This document shows positions 45,201 through 57,200 of a stretch of 64,000 bases of DNA, in pieces. The position numbers and the translations under genes are program-made. The notes under the pieces are model-generated. The model saw nothing but the letters and a program-made list of their open reading frames with translations. It made no database searches and was not told the DNA's origin. Source of the stretch: Okamejei kenojei (taxonomy: Eukaryota); NCBI GenBank assembly GCA_035221665.1, contig CM069137.1, forward strand, positions 76,756,001 to 76,820,000, written 5' to 3'. Numbering within the stretch: position 1 is the first letter of the stretch; each line of letters starts with the position of its first letter.

Positions 45201-48200
45201 TGTACCTTTTGGATCAATAGCTTGTATATCATCTGTTGGTATACTAGGTCTGCTGGCACCTTGTCTATTCAAAGCTTTAACCCGGTATGAGTACCATTGA
45301 CCTTCTGTGAGGTTGGTCACTTCCATCCTATTCAACATAAATGCAGCATTAGTGTTTATTTTGCATTAATTAAAACATAGTAAACATAAGAAAATTAGAC
45401 ATATAATCTTACTTCAATTCATTAACTGGTTCTCCACATCGCTCCCACTTTTCACCACCACGTTGACATTTCTCTATTAAATAGCCTTTAATTTTTGAAC
45501 CTCCATCATATTTTGGTGGGTTCCATGAAAGGAAGATTCTGCTGGCGTTTGGATCTCTCCATCTGACATTTTCTGGTGGATCTGGAACAGCTGAAAAATA
45601 TATGGGATCAAATTAAAAACTTTTTCACAAGACTTTCACAAAAAATATTATATAATGAAAATTATTTTTCATTACCAGATCTAAAACAATTAGGGATGTG
45701 TGTTTGTGTGTAAAAAACAGGACTATTTTAATAGTATCAGCACTCTGGTGGCTGGTGACATCAATTACATTCACTACCATTCTCATATCTCTAGGTAATT
45801 TCCAAATTCTCGGCATGGGGAACGTTTTCACATATTAAAGGTGCAAAAAGATCTCAATGATCAGAAATCTTGAATCTTAGTAATGTTTATTAAATGCGTT
45901 GTCAATTTGCCACCTGATTTACTTATAGGCCACAAAATTACTCCAAAATGCTTTCCCCCTTTAATTTTGACCAATAGATACACTCCAGATGATACAATGA
46001 ATACAGACATTGCTCCATTTCTTTCTCCTTCCACTTATCTTTAGCAACGACATCTGTTCTTTGTAATCATAAAGAAGTGTTTTCAAATATGTAAGATATG
46101 AATGTCCAATCATCCAATGCTAAATGTACATGCGTGTTCCTGGACGTACATATCTCTGAAGATCCAGCACATTGATGCAATAATAAAGAAAGCCCATCAA
46201 TGCCTCTAATTCTTTCGAAGGTTGAGGAGATTTGGTATGTCGATACTCTCTTGAACTTCTACTGGTGCACAGTAGAGAGCATATTGATTGGTTGCATCAA
46301 ACCCAGGAACGAAGAAGATTGCAAAAAATGGTGCACATTGCCCAGTCCATCACGGGACTGACCTCCCCACCATCAAAGGGATTTACAGGAGTTACTGCCT
46401 CAGCCAGTTTCATCAGAGACCCATACCACCCTGGCCACACTCTATTTCATTCCTGCCATTGGTAAGAAGTTGTAGGAGCCTGGAAATTGTAACATCCAGG
46501 TTCACGTTAAGCTTCTTCCCACCTGTCCTACTTTGGCGATATTTTTGGCGACTACAGGCGACTGCCGCAAAATTTTCAACATTTTGAAAATTTTTTGGTG
46601 ACTGTGGCACCAATTTTTGCTGTCGTAGGTTGTCTTAGGTGCTGTCGTAGGTTGTCCCCAGGTGTCGTAGGTGAATTCCATTAAAACTAGTCGCCTAAAG
46701 AGTCGCCTAAGTGGGACAGGCCCATTAGGCTATTAAACACTACAACTTCCAAATAAACACCAAACTACATGGATTTGGGGTCAGTGTGTTTGACTTTGAG
46801 CTATTCTGAAAATACGACAATAAAACTCTCTTGTCTCTTGACATTTATTTGCTGTGTAAATATATTGAATGTTCAAAATTTGATGAGTCAGTGTAATTTA
46901 ACAAGAGGCATACATTACAAGAGTGATTTGAGAAACATTTTGAGCTCGAAATTCACAATGCTCTAATCTCATCAATGAAAAGCCTGCTGCTAAACCAGCC
47001 TAGAAAGAGACCTTGTAATCCTGTTTTGTTTCCTTATTTATTTTTCACCACAATGTTCTTGAATGGTGGAATATTATGAAATATATTTAAAAGAACTGTG
47101 CAACTTGTACTAAACAAAAGTCAGAGGAAATCTATTTGATTGTATTTTAAACCTATCATCTTACAATTTAATAAATATGAATGAAAGCTAACACTCACTT
47201 GCAGGAGCAGATACATTGACGGGTTCATCGATAAATGCAGGTTCACCTGGGCCACATTTGTTACAGGCAGAAATTTTGAACAGATAGTCTCGGCCTTGTA
47301 AAAGGTCAATGACAGTAAATTCCAAGTCTTGCACCCTCTCAATAACCTGGAAATCACAGAAGATGACAATGATATAACTGGAGTTTACACCCCAGCGGTA
47401 TGAACATTGACTAATCCAATTTCAGGTAGTCCTTGCTTTCTCCCTCCTTCCCCTCCCCTTCCCAGCTCTCTCACAGCCTACTGCCTCTGCCTCTTCCTTT
47501 TCTTTTTTCCGCCACCCCCCCACATCAGCCTGAAGAAGGGTCTCGACCCGAAATGTCGCCTATTCCTTCGTGCCATAGATGCTGCCTCACCCATTGAGTT
47601 TCTCCAGCATTTTTATCTACCTATGATATAACTTGAAATCACTAACAAATAGATTGCAGTCTCTCCTTTTAAACAGAGATAAATCCCAGCACAGTAGAGG
47701 ACAATGGTGAATAATCACCATATGGAGTTCAGGCTAAGTATTCACCAAGAGGTAAGAAAATATTTTTTAACCTTATTTGGTTTGCTATCTGATCCCATCA
47801 AACCATTTAAATTGAGTGGGAAGTTCTATGCTAGCTTTTTCAGGCAACTTCCACTCTCATAAAAAGAAAAGTGAACTAGAAAAAAAAACTGGCTAAACTA
47901 GTCCTTCTTACAACATTAGGTGTGTTCGAAGAACCTCTAAAATCCCAAGACAAGATTAAAGGACAAAGATTTAACACAGACGCTGTATTTTCCTTTCTGT
48001 AGTGCTCTGTGTTTCATAAGTAATTTGAAGAGAATCTGACAAACCTGACCTGATGCATATATCTGCCATTTCCCGTTTTGTTTCAAATTTTCAGCATGTG
48101 AGTTTTGTTGCTTTCCAAATTATGGAGCTAGATTGACATCAGTATATTTATATTTTTATTTGTTTCCTTCAATATTACAGTCTGTGTTGATAACTTGCCC

Positions 48201-51200
48201 TCGTATGCAGTGATTTATTTTGTTACCCATCTAATTAGGTAACTTTAATGATCAAAGGTGTCCACCTTAAATCATCAGTTTGAAAATAACCGAAGAAATG
48301 AATTGAAGATTACGATGGTTTATTACTTACCTTGACCCAAGTCTTTCGGTTAATTTCACGTTTTTCAATAAGATACCCAGTCAATGGACTTCCACCATCA
48401 TTTTCAGGCTGATCCCATATCAAATGTACTGTATTCCTAGTAATTTCTGAAACTTTGATGTCTTTTGGTGCACTTGGCCGTGCTGAGAAGTTAAAAGAAT
48501 AAAGAAATATAAAATTCAATAATTTTGCATGCTATTTATTATTTTCCTTGTCACCGATTTCTTCTACCTCCCAGGTATTCACTAAGGTTAAGCAAAGTCA
48601 TTGTGTCTCGTCTGATCAGGAGCTGAGCCTCAAACTGCATGATCATGAACTGCTCAATATGGTTCACCTTCATGCCAAGCTTGCTACTGGTGTGATTTTG
48701 TTGCTAGATCTACACTCTCTCTCATTTCGTTTTTTCCTCTTTGGTCAGTTGTCAGTCTATATAAACTCTGATGGTCAAATACTCCATCATTCAATTGTCC
48801 ACAACCTACATTGAATTGTAAATAACAATCCCATTCATAAAATTCCTCCATAGCTTAGCTCATGTAACAGCACATTTCTCAGCAGTATAAAATTATTATG
48901 GGATTGAACACGCTAGATGCAGGAAACATGTTCCCAATGTTAGGGGACCCCAGAACCAAGGGCCACAGTTGAAGAATAGGGGGAAAGTCATTTAGAACTG
49001 AGGTGAGGAAAAACTTTTCCACACAGAGAGTTGTGAATTTGTGGAATTCTCTGCCTCAGAAGGCCGTGAAGGCCGATTCATTGGATGCATTCAAAAGAGA
49101 GTTAGATAGCATTCTTAAGGCTAGTGGAATCAAGGGATATAGGGTGAAGGCAGGAAAGGGTACTGATTGTGGAATGATCAGCCATGATCACATTGAATGG
49201 TGGTGCTGGCTCGAAGGGCCAAATGGCCTACTCCTGCATCTACTGTCTATGTATCTATGTACCACTTATTCTCAGCCTTTGGAATTTTCCTTTTCCTACA
49301 CCATCAACACATTCTGGTGGTTTAGCCCACTTTTTAGAACGCATTCTTTCATTTTCTTTGACACACAGTTTTATTGTACGTTTTTATAAAATCTTCCCAA
49401 AATCCATTTCTTCAATTATGTTTTCAGTTACTTCTATTTTTCATTTTGTAAACTTTGCACTTGTTTCTTTAATAAATTAATTTTGCTCCACTCTTCAGAA
49501 ATCATCTTTGCAGCTTTCATTGGTAAATAGGTTTAGTTAATCTAAGTTATCTTCAAAAGGTTAAATAAAAATGTAATTTCAAATTCTATATTCAGTTTCT
49601 TACCAATTACGTTCACGTCAATTTCCCCTGTGACAGATGACATGGCATTTTCCAGTGTCAATTTATATAATCCTTTATCTGGACGCTCACTGGGAGAAAT
49701 AATCAGTTGTGTATATTTTGCAGTAGTTTCCATTTTCACACGATCATTACTTTCAAGAGACTTTTCACCCACAGCCCATGTTGCCAAAGGTATTGGGTAG
49801 CCACTGATAGGAACACGAATCTTGAGTGGTTCTGGAACAATAACCTCCAGACCATCTTTGAACTCTCTCAGGTCAAGAGAAGGAGCCACTAGAAGAGAAT
49901 ACATAATCAGGTTTCAAACTATATAGAGTATAAGCTACTGAAGACCAACCCCCCCCCCCTCACTTTTATTACCCATCATATACTTTTATTCACATGGTAT
50001 ATGCATTACCGTGGGGGTCATCAGCTGTTAGTGGGCCAAGAGCATCAGCTGGATCTGATAAACCTGCTGCATTTTCCGCAGATACTCTGTAATAATATTT
50101 CTTTCCTTGTTCCAAACTAGATATCTGTAGGAACAAAAATATATAAAGCACATACGAATATTTAAAAAAAGCAGTCAGCTAGAGATATATCTGAAATATG
50201 GACAAAATAATATCTATCCATTTGTGAACTTAAAATGTATACTTGACTTTACACAAATTATTGCAGTATTTCCTGAATCCTATCCTGTCCCCAAAAGTTA
50301 TTAACGTTCAGGGATTAATTTCTCCATTTTTTTTCACAGATGCCTAAAATACATTCCAGACAATAGACAACACTGACTCAGGATTTCTTAAGGTCCGTAG
50401 ACAATAGGTGCAGGAGTGGGCCATTTGGCCCTTCGAGCCAGCAAACGCCATTCAATGTGATCATGGCTGATCATCCACAATCAGTACCCCGTTCCTGCCT
50501 TCTCCCCACATCCCACAGACCCACAACTCTCTGTGAGAAAAAGTGTTTTCTCATCTCCGTTCTAAATGGCTTACCCCTTATTCTTAAACTGTGGCCTCTG
50601 GTTCTGGACTCCCCCAACATCGGGAACATGTTTTCTGCATCTAGTGTGTCCAAACCCTTAATAATTTTATATGTTTCAATAAGATCCCCTCTCATCCTTC
50701 TAAATTCCAGAGTACACAAGCCCAGCCACTCCATTCTCTTATACAAGATAGATTTCAACACATACAAAATATTGTAATCTACAACCCATCTTTTGCAAAG
50801 TTCTTCAAACTCACCATTCCATTGAACTCCAGCTCCTGAGCAAAATGATTTCAAAATTGTCTTCAAATAGTACTTCTTACACCTCTCGCACCTGAGAAAC
50901 TCTGAATCTTATCTGATCTGATGTACACGTGAATTCAGTCCCCATGTATGTCAATATTAGTTATCAGCTTACAATCTTTCTCTGACTAGATGAGAGATTG
51001 GGCAGGTGAATAGCTCACTTAATATTAGCAGTGGGCGAGCAATTGCTGTCAAATCCTCCTAAATCAGCATGTTTTAAGAAATAAACAAAGTAAAAGTAAT
51101 ACCTTGAATTTTGTTTCAGGAATAAGTCTGATATTGCAGGGGATCCATTTATCTGTACCTTCTTCACATCGTTCAATAAAATAGCCCAGAATTGGGCTTC

Positions 51201-54200
51201 CCCCATCCTTAAGTGGAGGTTCCCAATTCAATTGCACTGAATCTTTTGTCTGCTTTGAAGCAGCAAACTCAATGGGTGGGCTTGGTTTAACTAAAAACAG
51301 AGAAATCAAATTAATTAATGGAAGATCAAAATTAAGAATACAAAGCATTTATTACAATTACACATTTTTCTAATCAGATACTTACAAATTGGGTCCATAA
51401 TTTTTACAGGTTGTGAAGCTGCACTAGGTTTTCCTCTACCAGCTCTGTTTTCTGCTCTGACACGGAATATATATTCTCTGTTTTCAACCACATCATTTAT
51501 CTGAGCAGAGAGTTCATGTGCTTCAGTAATCATAATTGGCTCCCATTTAAGCGAGGTTCGGTCACGCAACTCAACAACATAGTTTGTGATTTTGGCTCCG
51601 CCATCGTATGCTGGTGGTTCCCACGTAATGGTGGCACCAAATTTGTTTACATCTTTCACTTGTACATTAAGTGGTGCATCAGGTACATCTGACAGAAAAG
51701 ATAACACAAATAATATGTGATAATTTTAATATGTAGAAATCATTTGGAGAATAATTAAAATGAGTTATTGAATTGTCCCCGACACTTACCAAACTTATTT
51801 TTAGCTTGAACTGGTTCAACAGTCTCCACAGGTTCACCTGTACCAACTCTGTTTCTTGCACTAACACGGAACAGATACTCCAATTCTTTTTGGAGACCAG
51901 TCACTGTAAATTCAGTATTATCAGCTCTATCTGTAGCTAAAGTCCAGGTTTTACGCTTCACATCACGTCGTTCTACAACATATCCAAGGATTTTGCTACC
52001 TCCGTCACTTTCAGGTTCATTCCAAGCAAGGCTGACTTCACCATCAGCAGTTTCCATAACTTTCAAATTCTGAATTGGGCCAGGCACATCTGTAAATTGA
52101 CAAAAAAAGAAAATGATATATCTAGAACAGTTTTTAGACCTATCTATAGACAGAAGAATAACAAAAAATACCTACCAATTACGTTCAGATTTATATATCC
52201 TTCACCCTTTCCATGCTTATTCTGAATCACAACCTTGTATCTTCCCTTGTCATATCTCCTTGGGTCAAAAAGCCGATAAGAAGTCTTATCTGCAGTTGTG
52301 TCAATGTTTTGATTGGGCAGGCTGCCATACTCGGATGTAGTACTGTCTTCCTTGAACCACTCAGCTTCAGCGCGTGGATAAGCATCATATGGAAGTGTCA
52401 TTGTGAATGGTTTTCCAGCATCAGTCTCAAGATTCAAATCAGACGTCTTGATTTTTGGTATCGCTGTAATGCAAATATACATCAGTTAGAAAGATATCAA
52501 TTTACTGTATGCAGCCTTAGGAAAGGTAATAGTTATCATTAATATTCCTAAGATTCAAACTAACTTACCTGCAAGTTCCAGTTTAGCTCTTGCATCTTTA
52601 TCCTTGGCGATAAACCTATATTCTCCCTGATCGCGTGGTTTTATGTCACAGACCTGCAATCGGTGAACCTTTCCTTCACTCATCATTTGATGTTTATCAC
52701 CCTGCACAATTATCATATTATTTCTCAGCCACTTGACTTCAACTTTATCTTTATTCAGTTCAGCTTCAAAAATAACATCCGAGCCTGGAGCTTCAAAAAT
52801 ATCCTGTGGAGGTCTGATGATTTCAACTGGGATTTCTGAAAGAAGAAGAATAATGTAAATTTGCATATTCTCAATTTTCTTAATTGTTTTAGTAACTTTT
52901 TTTTCTTATATCATACTTGCCTTCAACAAAGAGTCTAGCCCTTGAACGTCTATCTTCTACACCACAGGAGTATTCATATTCATCATCTGGTCTACATTCC
53001 CTTACAATAAGTCTGTGTAAACTACCATCTTTTTCAAATTGATACCTAGCAAAAGACACAGAAATACAGATGATAACATATATTATTTGTGAAATAGCAA
53101 TAATTGGTCAATTGTTTTCCCCAAACAAATGAATTAAAACATACTTTTTATTTTCTCTGAGTTCTCTGCCATTCCTATACCATTTTACAGTTGCTTTCTC
53201 TTTGGACAATTGACAGGAAAAGATTGCATCTTCAAACTCAATGACAGTTTGATCTTGAATATGTTCTATGAAATCTGTTGGTGCCTCTGTGATGATAAGT
53301 TCAGCAACTGATTTGTCTTGTCCAGCAATTACAGTATATTCTCCCTCATCTTTGAATGCACATCCTCTTATTATAAGAGAGTGCTTTTTCTTGTCAATTT
53401 TATACAGAATCTGTTTGTCAAATGTAACTTCCTCTCCATTTTTCATCCACTGTAGAGTGACATTTTCACGGTTCACTTTGCAGCTGAAGGTAACAGATTT
53501 CTTTTCCATTGTTTCACAATCATCAAGAGGTTCAATGATTTTCAGATCCTCCTCTGCATAAATTAAAAGAGGTCATGTGAAATGCAAGCAATTTTATTTG
53601 AATAAAGCAAGGATGTTTCATGTACTACAGTTATTTACCGTGTACTTGTAATGATGCTGAACATTGTGCATGTTCTCCTCTATGATTTGTCAATGCTACT
53701 GTAAACGTTCCTTGATCCTCCATTTGTGAATCCCTGATTCTGAGAGTAAAGACTAACTCTTTGTGGATCATGACATATTTGGGGCTATCAAAGATAGTTT
53801 CTTCATTTTTTAACCATTTAGGTCTGGCACCTTCAGTGTTAACTTCACAATTAAATACAATTTCCTGTCCTTCTCGAGCTACCTGGTCCTTGATGGGAGT
53901 TACTATCCGAAGATTTTCTGGGAAAAGAAACAAACATTGATTAAAAACAAGTAACATAATTTTGTTTTAGCACATTGAAACCAATTTGGAGCTAGTATCA
54001 ATGTTAGTGATGGAATCTGCAAATAATTTAACTGATGTAATCTGCCTCAAGTGGTTACCTAGGCTGCAGAACATTTAACATAGAGAACCTGAAAATAATT
54101 TTCTATTGCAAAATAGAAAACAAGAGCATGGTGGCAGCACTAGATCAAAATATTAAATTTGCACATTTGGTCCGTCTGGATATTCGGCAAATGGAGGGTG

Positions 54201-57200
54201 TTAAAATATTTGCTTAATATATTTGGCTTTAATAAGATAACTAAATGTGACAATGAGAATGCAATGCTTAAATTTCTTGCAAATTGCCACAATGTAGGTT
54301 ACATAACTTACCAATAACTGTGAGTTCTGCTGTTGCTCTCGAGGTGCCAATCATAACAGCATAAGTTCCTTCATCTTTTGGGATGGAGTTCTTGATGATG
54401 AGCATTCGTTTTTTGCCATCAGACACAATCTCATATTTATCATCAGATTTAAGTTCTTCATCCCCTTTAAACCATTTCACTTCGTAACTGTCTTTTGATA
54501 CGGAGCAGACAAACTTTGCCTTGTCTCCTTCTAGAACTTCCAGATTCTGCGGTTTGGAAATAAACTCTGCAGCCAGTTCTATAATAAGAAGTAACAAGAA
54601 AATTATACTGGGCAATATTAATTCATATTAGAAAGGTAAACTCATATTAGAACAGTACATACCATTAACTTTGAGTTGACAAGATGTCCGAGCACCATTT
54701 GGCAGCCTGCAGTTATATTCACCATCATCTCCTGAATTAGTATTCTGAATTACTAAAATTCGTTTTCTGCCATCTATACGTTGTTCATATCTGCCAACTT
54801 CAGGCAACTCTGTATCTCCCTTGTACCAAGTTACATCAGCATTTGGTTTTGAAACTTCACAAACCAGTTTAATTGTCGCTGTTTCAGTAACTTCAGCATT
54901 TGCGAGGTTCTTTGTAAAGGTAGCTTCCTCTTCTGCAAAACATGGCAAGTGGAAATCATTAGGAAAATCTAAAACTGGTTTCTGAAAGTTAAAATAATGC
55001 ACAGCTTTGATTTGACTGATTACCTAAAACTGTAAGCAATCCAGACGTCTTAGCAGTCCTTGCATCACATTCATATTCAGCTTCATCGTCAAAGCTGCTT
55101 TTGTGGATAATTAACATTCTCTCCCTGCCTTTAGCAACAATGTCACACTTCTTGCCTTTTCTTACTTCAACACCATCCTTAAACCAACGCACCTGAAATT
55201 TGAAATAAATTCATAGTGTGGTGTTCAGAATAATTTCATACTTTCAGAATACAGTATAAAAAGGTTATAAAATCAATGACATTATTCTCTAAACATACAA
55301 GTATAGATTCCTTTATTGAGGTGTAGAAATCAGTGATTAATGTTACTATAATAATTTGGTGCCAAGTATCTTGATAACACTAATAAACGTATTTTTAAAA
55401 GGAAACAAATGTCTATATCCTTAGCAATTTCTTTAAAAATAGTAAATATCACATTATTAATTGGATGAGTACATAGTTGATATCTACAGGGATTAATTTG
55501 ACCAGACATTAAGAACTTCACCCAATGTTTCTGGTGATTCTCGTGGAACATTGCAACTGTGTTGAGCATTGATTGATACAAAAAGTGACTCTGAATTACT
55601 TCATCCTTATGTACGGGAAGACAATAATCAGCATAGTTTGTAGTCCACACCAATGCTTTTTAACATTAATATAGGTTTTAGGTGTAACATCACTAGATCG
55701 GTCACTCATTCGAATACAAATCTAGAGCTCTCTCTTTCTCTCTCTCTCTGTTTGAATTAATGCATATTCAGGAGGGGAAGGGGTAGGTAGGGGTGGGGAT
55801 GGTGCAGACGTTGATGGGATTTGAATTCTCCTGTTTTTGATAGCCTACAACCACAGTTCCAGCTGTTACTACTAAACATGGCAATTGTATTCGATGAAGG
55901 GTTTTCTCACATAAGGCAATAATATAAACATTTAGGAAATGGCAGAATTAGGCAATTTCACCTCGTGCCCACTTTGTCATTCAATAAATTCATGGCTGAT
56001 CTTACAGTGGATTACCAGTTTTCTGCATGAATCCCATCATTTTGTTAACATTTAATGATCTGTGCCTTGAATATATTCAGTGACTAAACTTCCACAGCTC
56101 TAGTTGGGTAATAAATCACTCCTGGGATTAAGACATGTCTTCTCTTATCTGATCTGAATGGCAACCCTTTATTTTGAGATTGTGATCCCAGGTCACACTG
56201 AGAGGGAGAACTGAAGGAGGACCTGGCGTGGGGGGACTGCCGAGAGGAAGAACAAAGGGGGACTCAGCGTGGGGGGACCACGGGCACTAAGGGGATCACA
56301 AATTGAATACTTTGTGTTGCAATGGTATACTTTGCAACTTTGTCTGCACCCTTTGTGTGGCAACTCTTTGCATACCTTGGGTACGAAAAACAAAGAATCT
56401 CACTGCGACATTTCACATGTGATAATAAATTATCATTCATTCATTCAGGTCTTTCACACATCAGCCAGGAGAAACAATGATGCGGCATCTACCTTGTAAA
56501 CTCTTATAGAAGTAGTTTATCTTTCTAGATTAATTTTTAAATTGATTTAAATATGGCTACCCTATCCACTGCAATCTTCAACAGATATATATGTAGCAGG
56601 CAATGTTAGTGTTAAAAAATATATTGAATATTAATTGATGAAAGAACACAAACTTAAGCCACAAAATAGAGTTTAAATGGAAGCTCAGGAATTGATTCGC
56701 CAAGTCTGTGTTTCAAGCTTCAGGCTTTTAAACTATTAATAAGAAATCTTTACATAATACTTCAGCACCGGAAAAAAAGTAGTGTTCATAAGAGATAATA
56801 ATTGTACAAATTTATTTACATGTTTCTTCCCCTTGAGAAAGGAGAAAAACATAATAAATTTAGTAGTAACCAAATGATAGTGAAATGCTGAGGAATTTTA
56901 GATATTCTTGAGAATGTCAGTACAGGCAATTTGCAGGTTATGTGAGGGTTCATTTCCTGAGAAATGTCCATAAGCCAATTTGTCCATATGTTAGAAACAT
57001 CTGTTTTCCATTGCTACCTGTACAAACTCGTTATAATTTTTGTATTTAATTGAATTAGCATCTTAACTCCTTAACCGCTTCTTTACCCACCACTGTGCAG
57101 CCATGTACAAATCCAATTTACAAATTCGCAGGCGGCACCATCATTGTGGGCTGGATATCAAATAATGATGGGAGTACAGGGAGGAGATTGAAAACCTCAT

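Noticed and set aside
46620-46672. CRISPR-like array from TGTCGTAGGT repeats
   Set aside because: 10-bp units without spacers, inside a MITE in a vertebrate intron; no cas genes.
96-53561. Many + strand ORFs of 60-157 aa overlapping titin exons
   Set aside because: Antisense shadows of titin codons (recurrent PGGPG and LPPSS patterns); no independent domains.
54927-54935. CAG/AAG tandem acceptor at ex245
   Set aside because: A common motif that would change one Glu; nothing indicates use.
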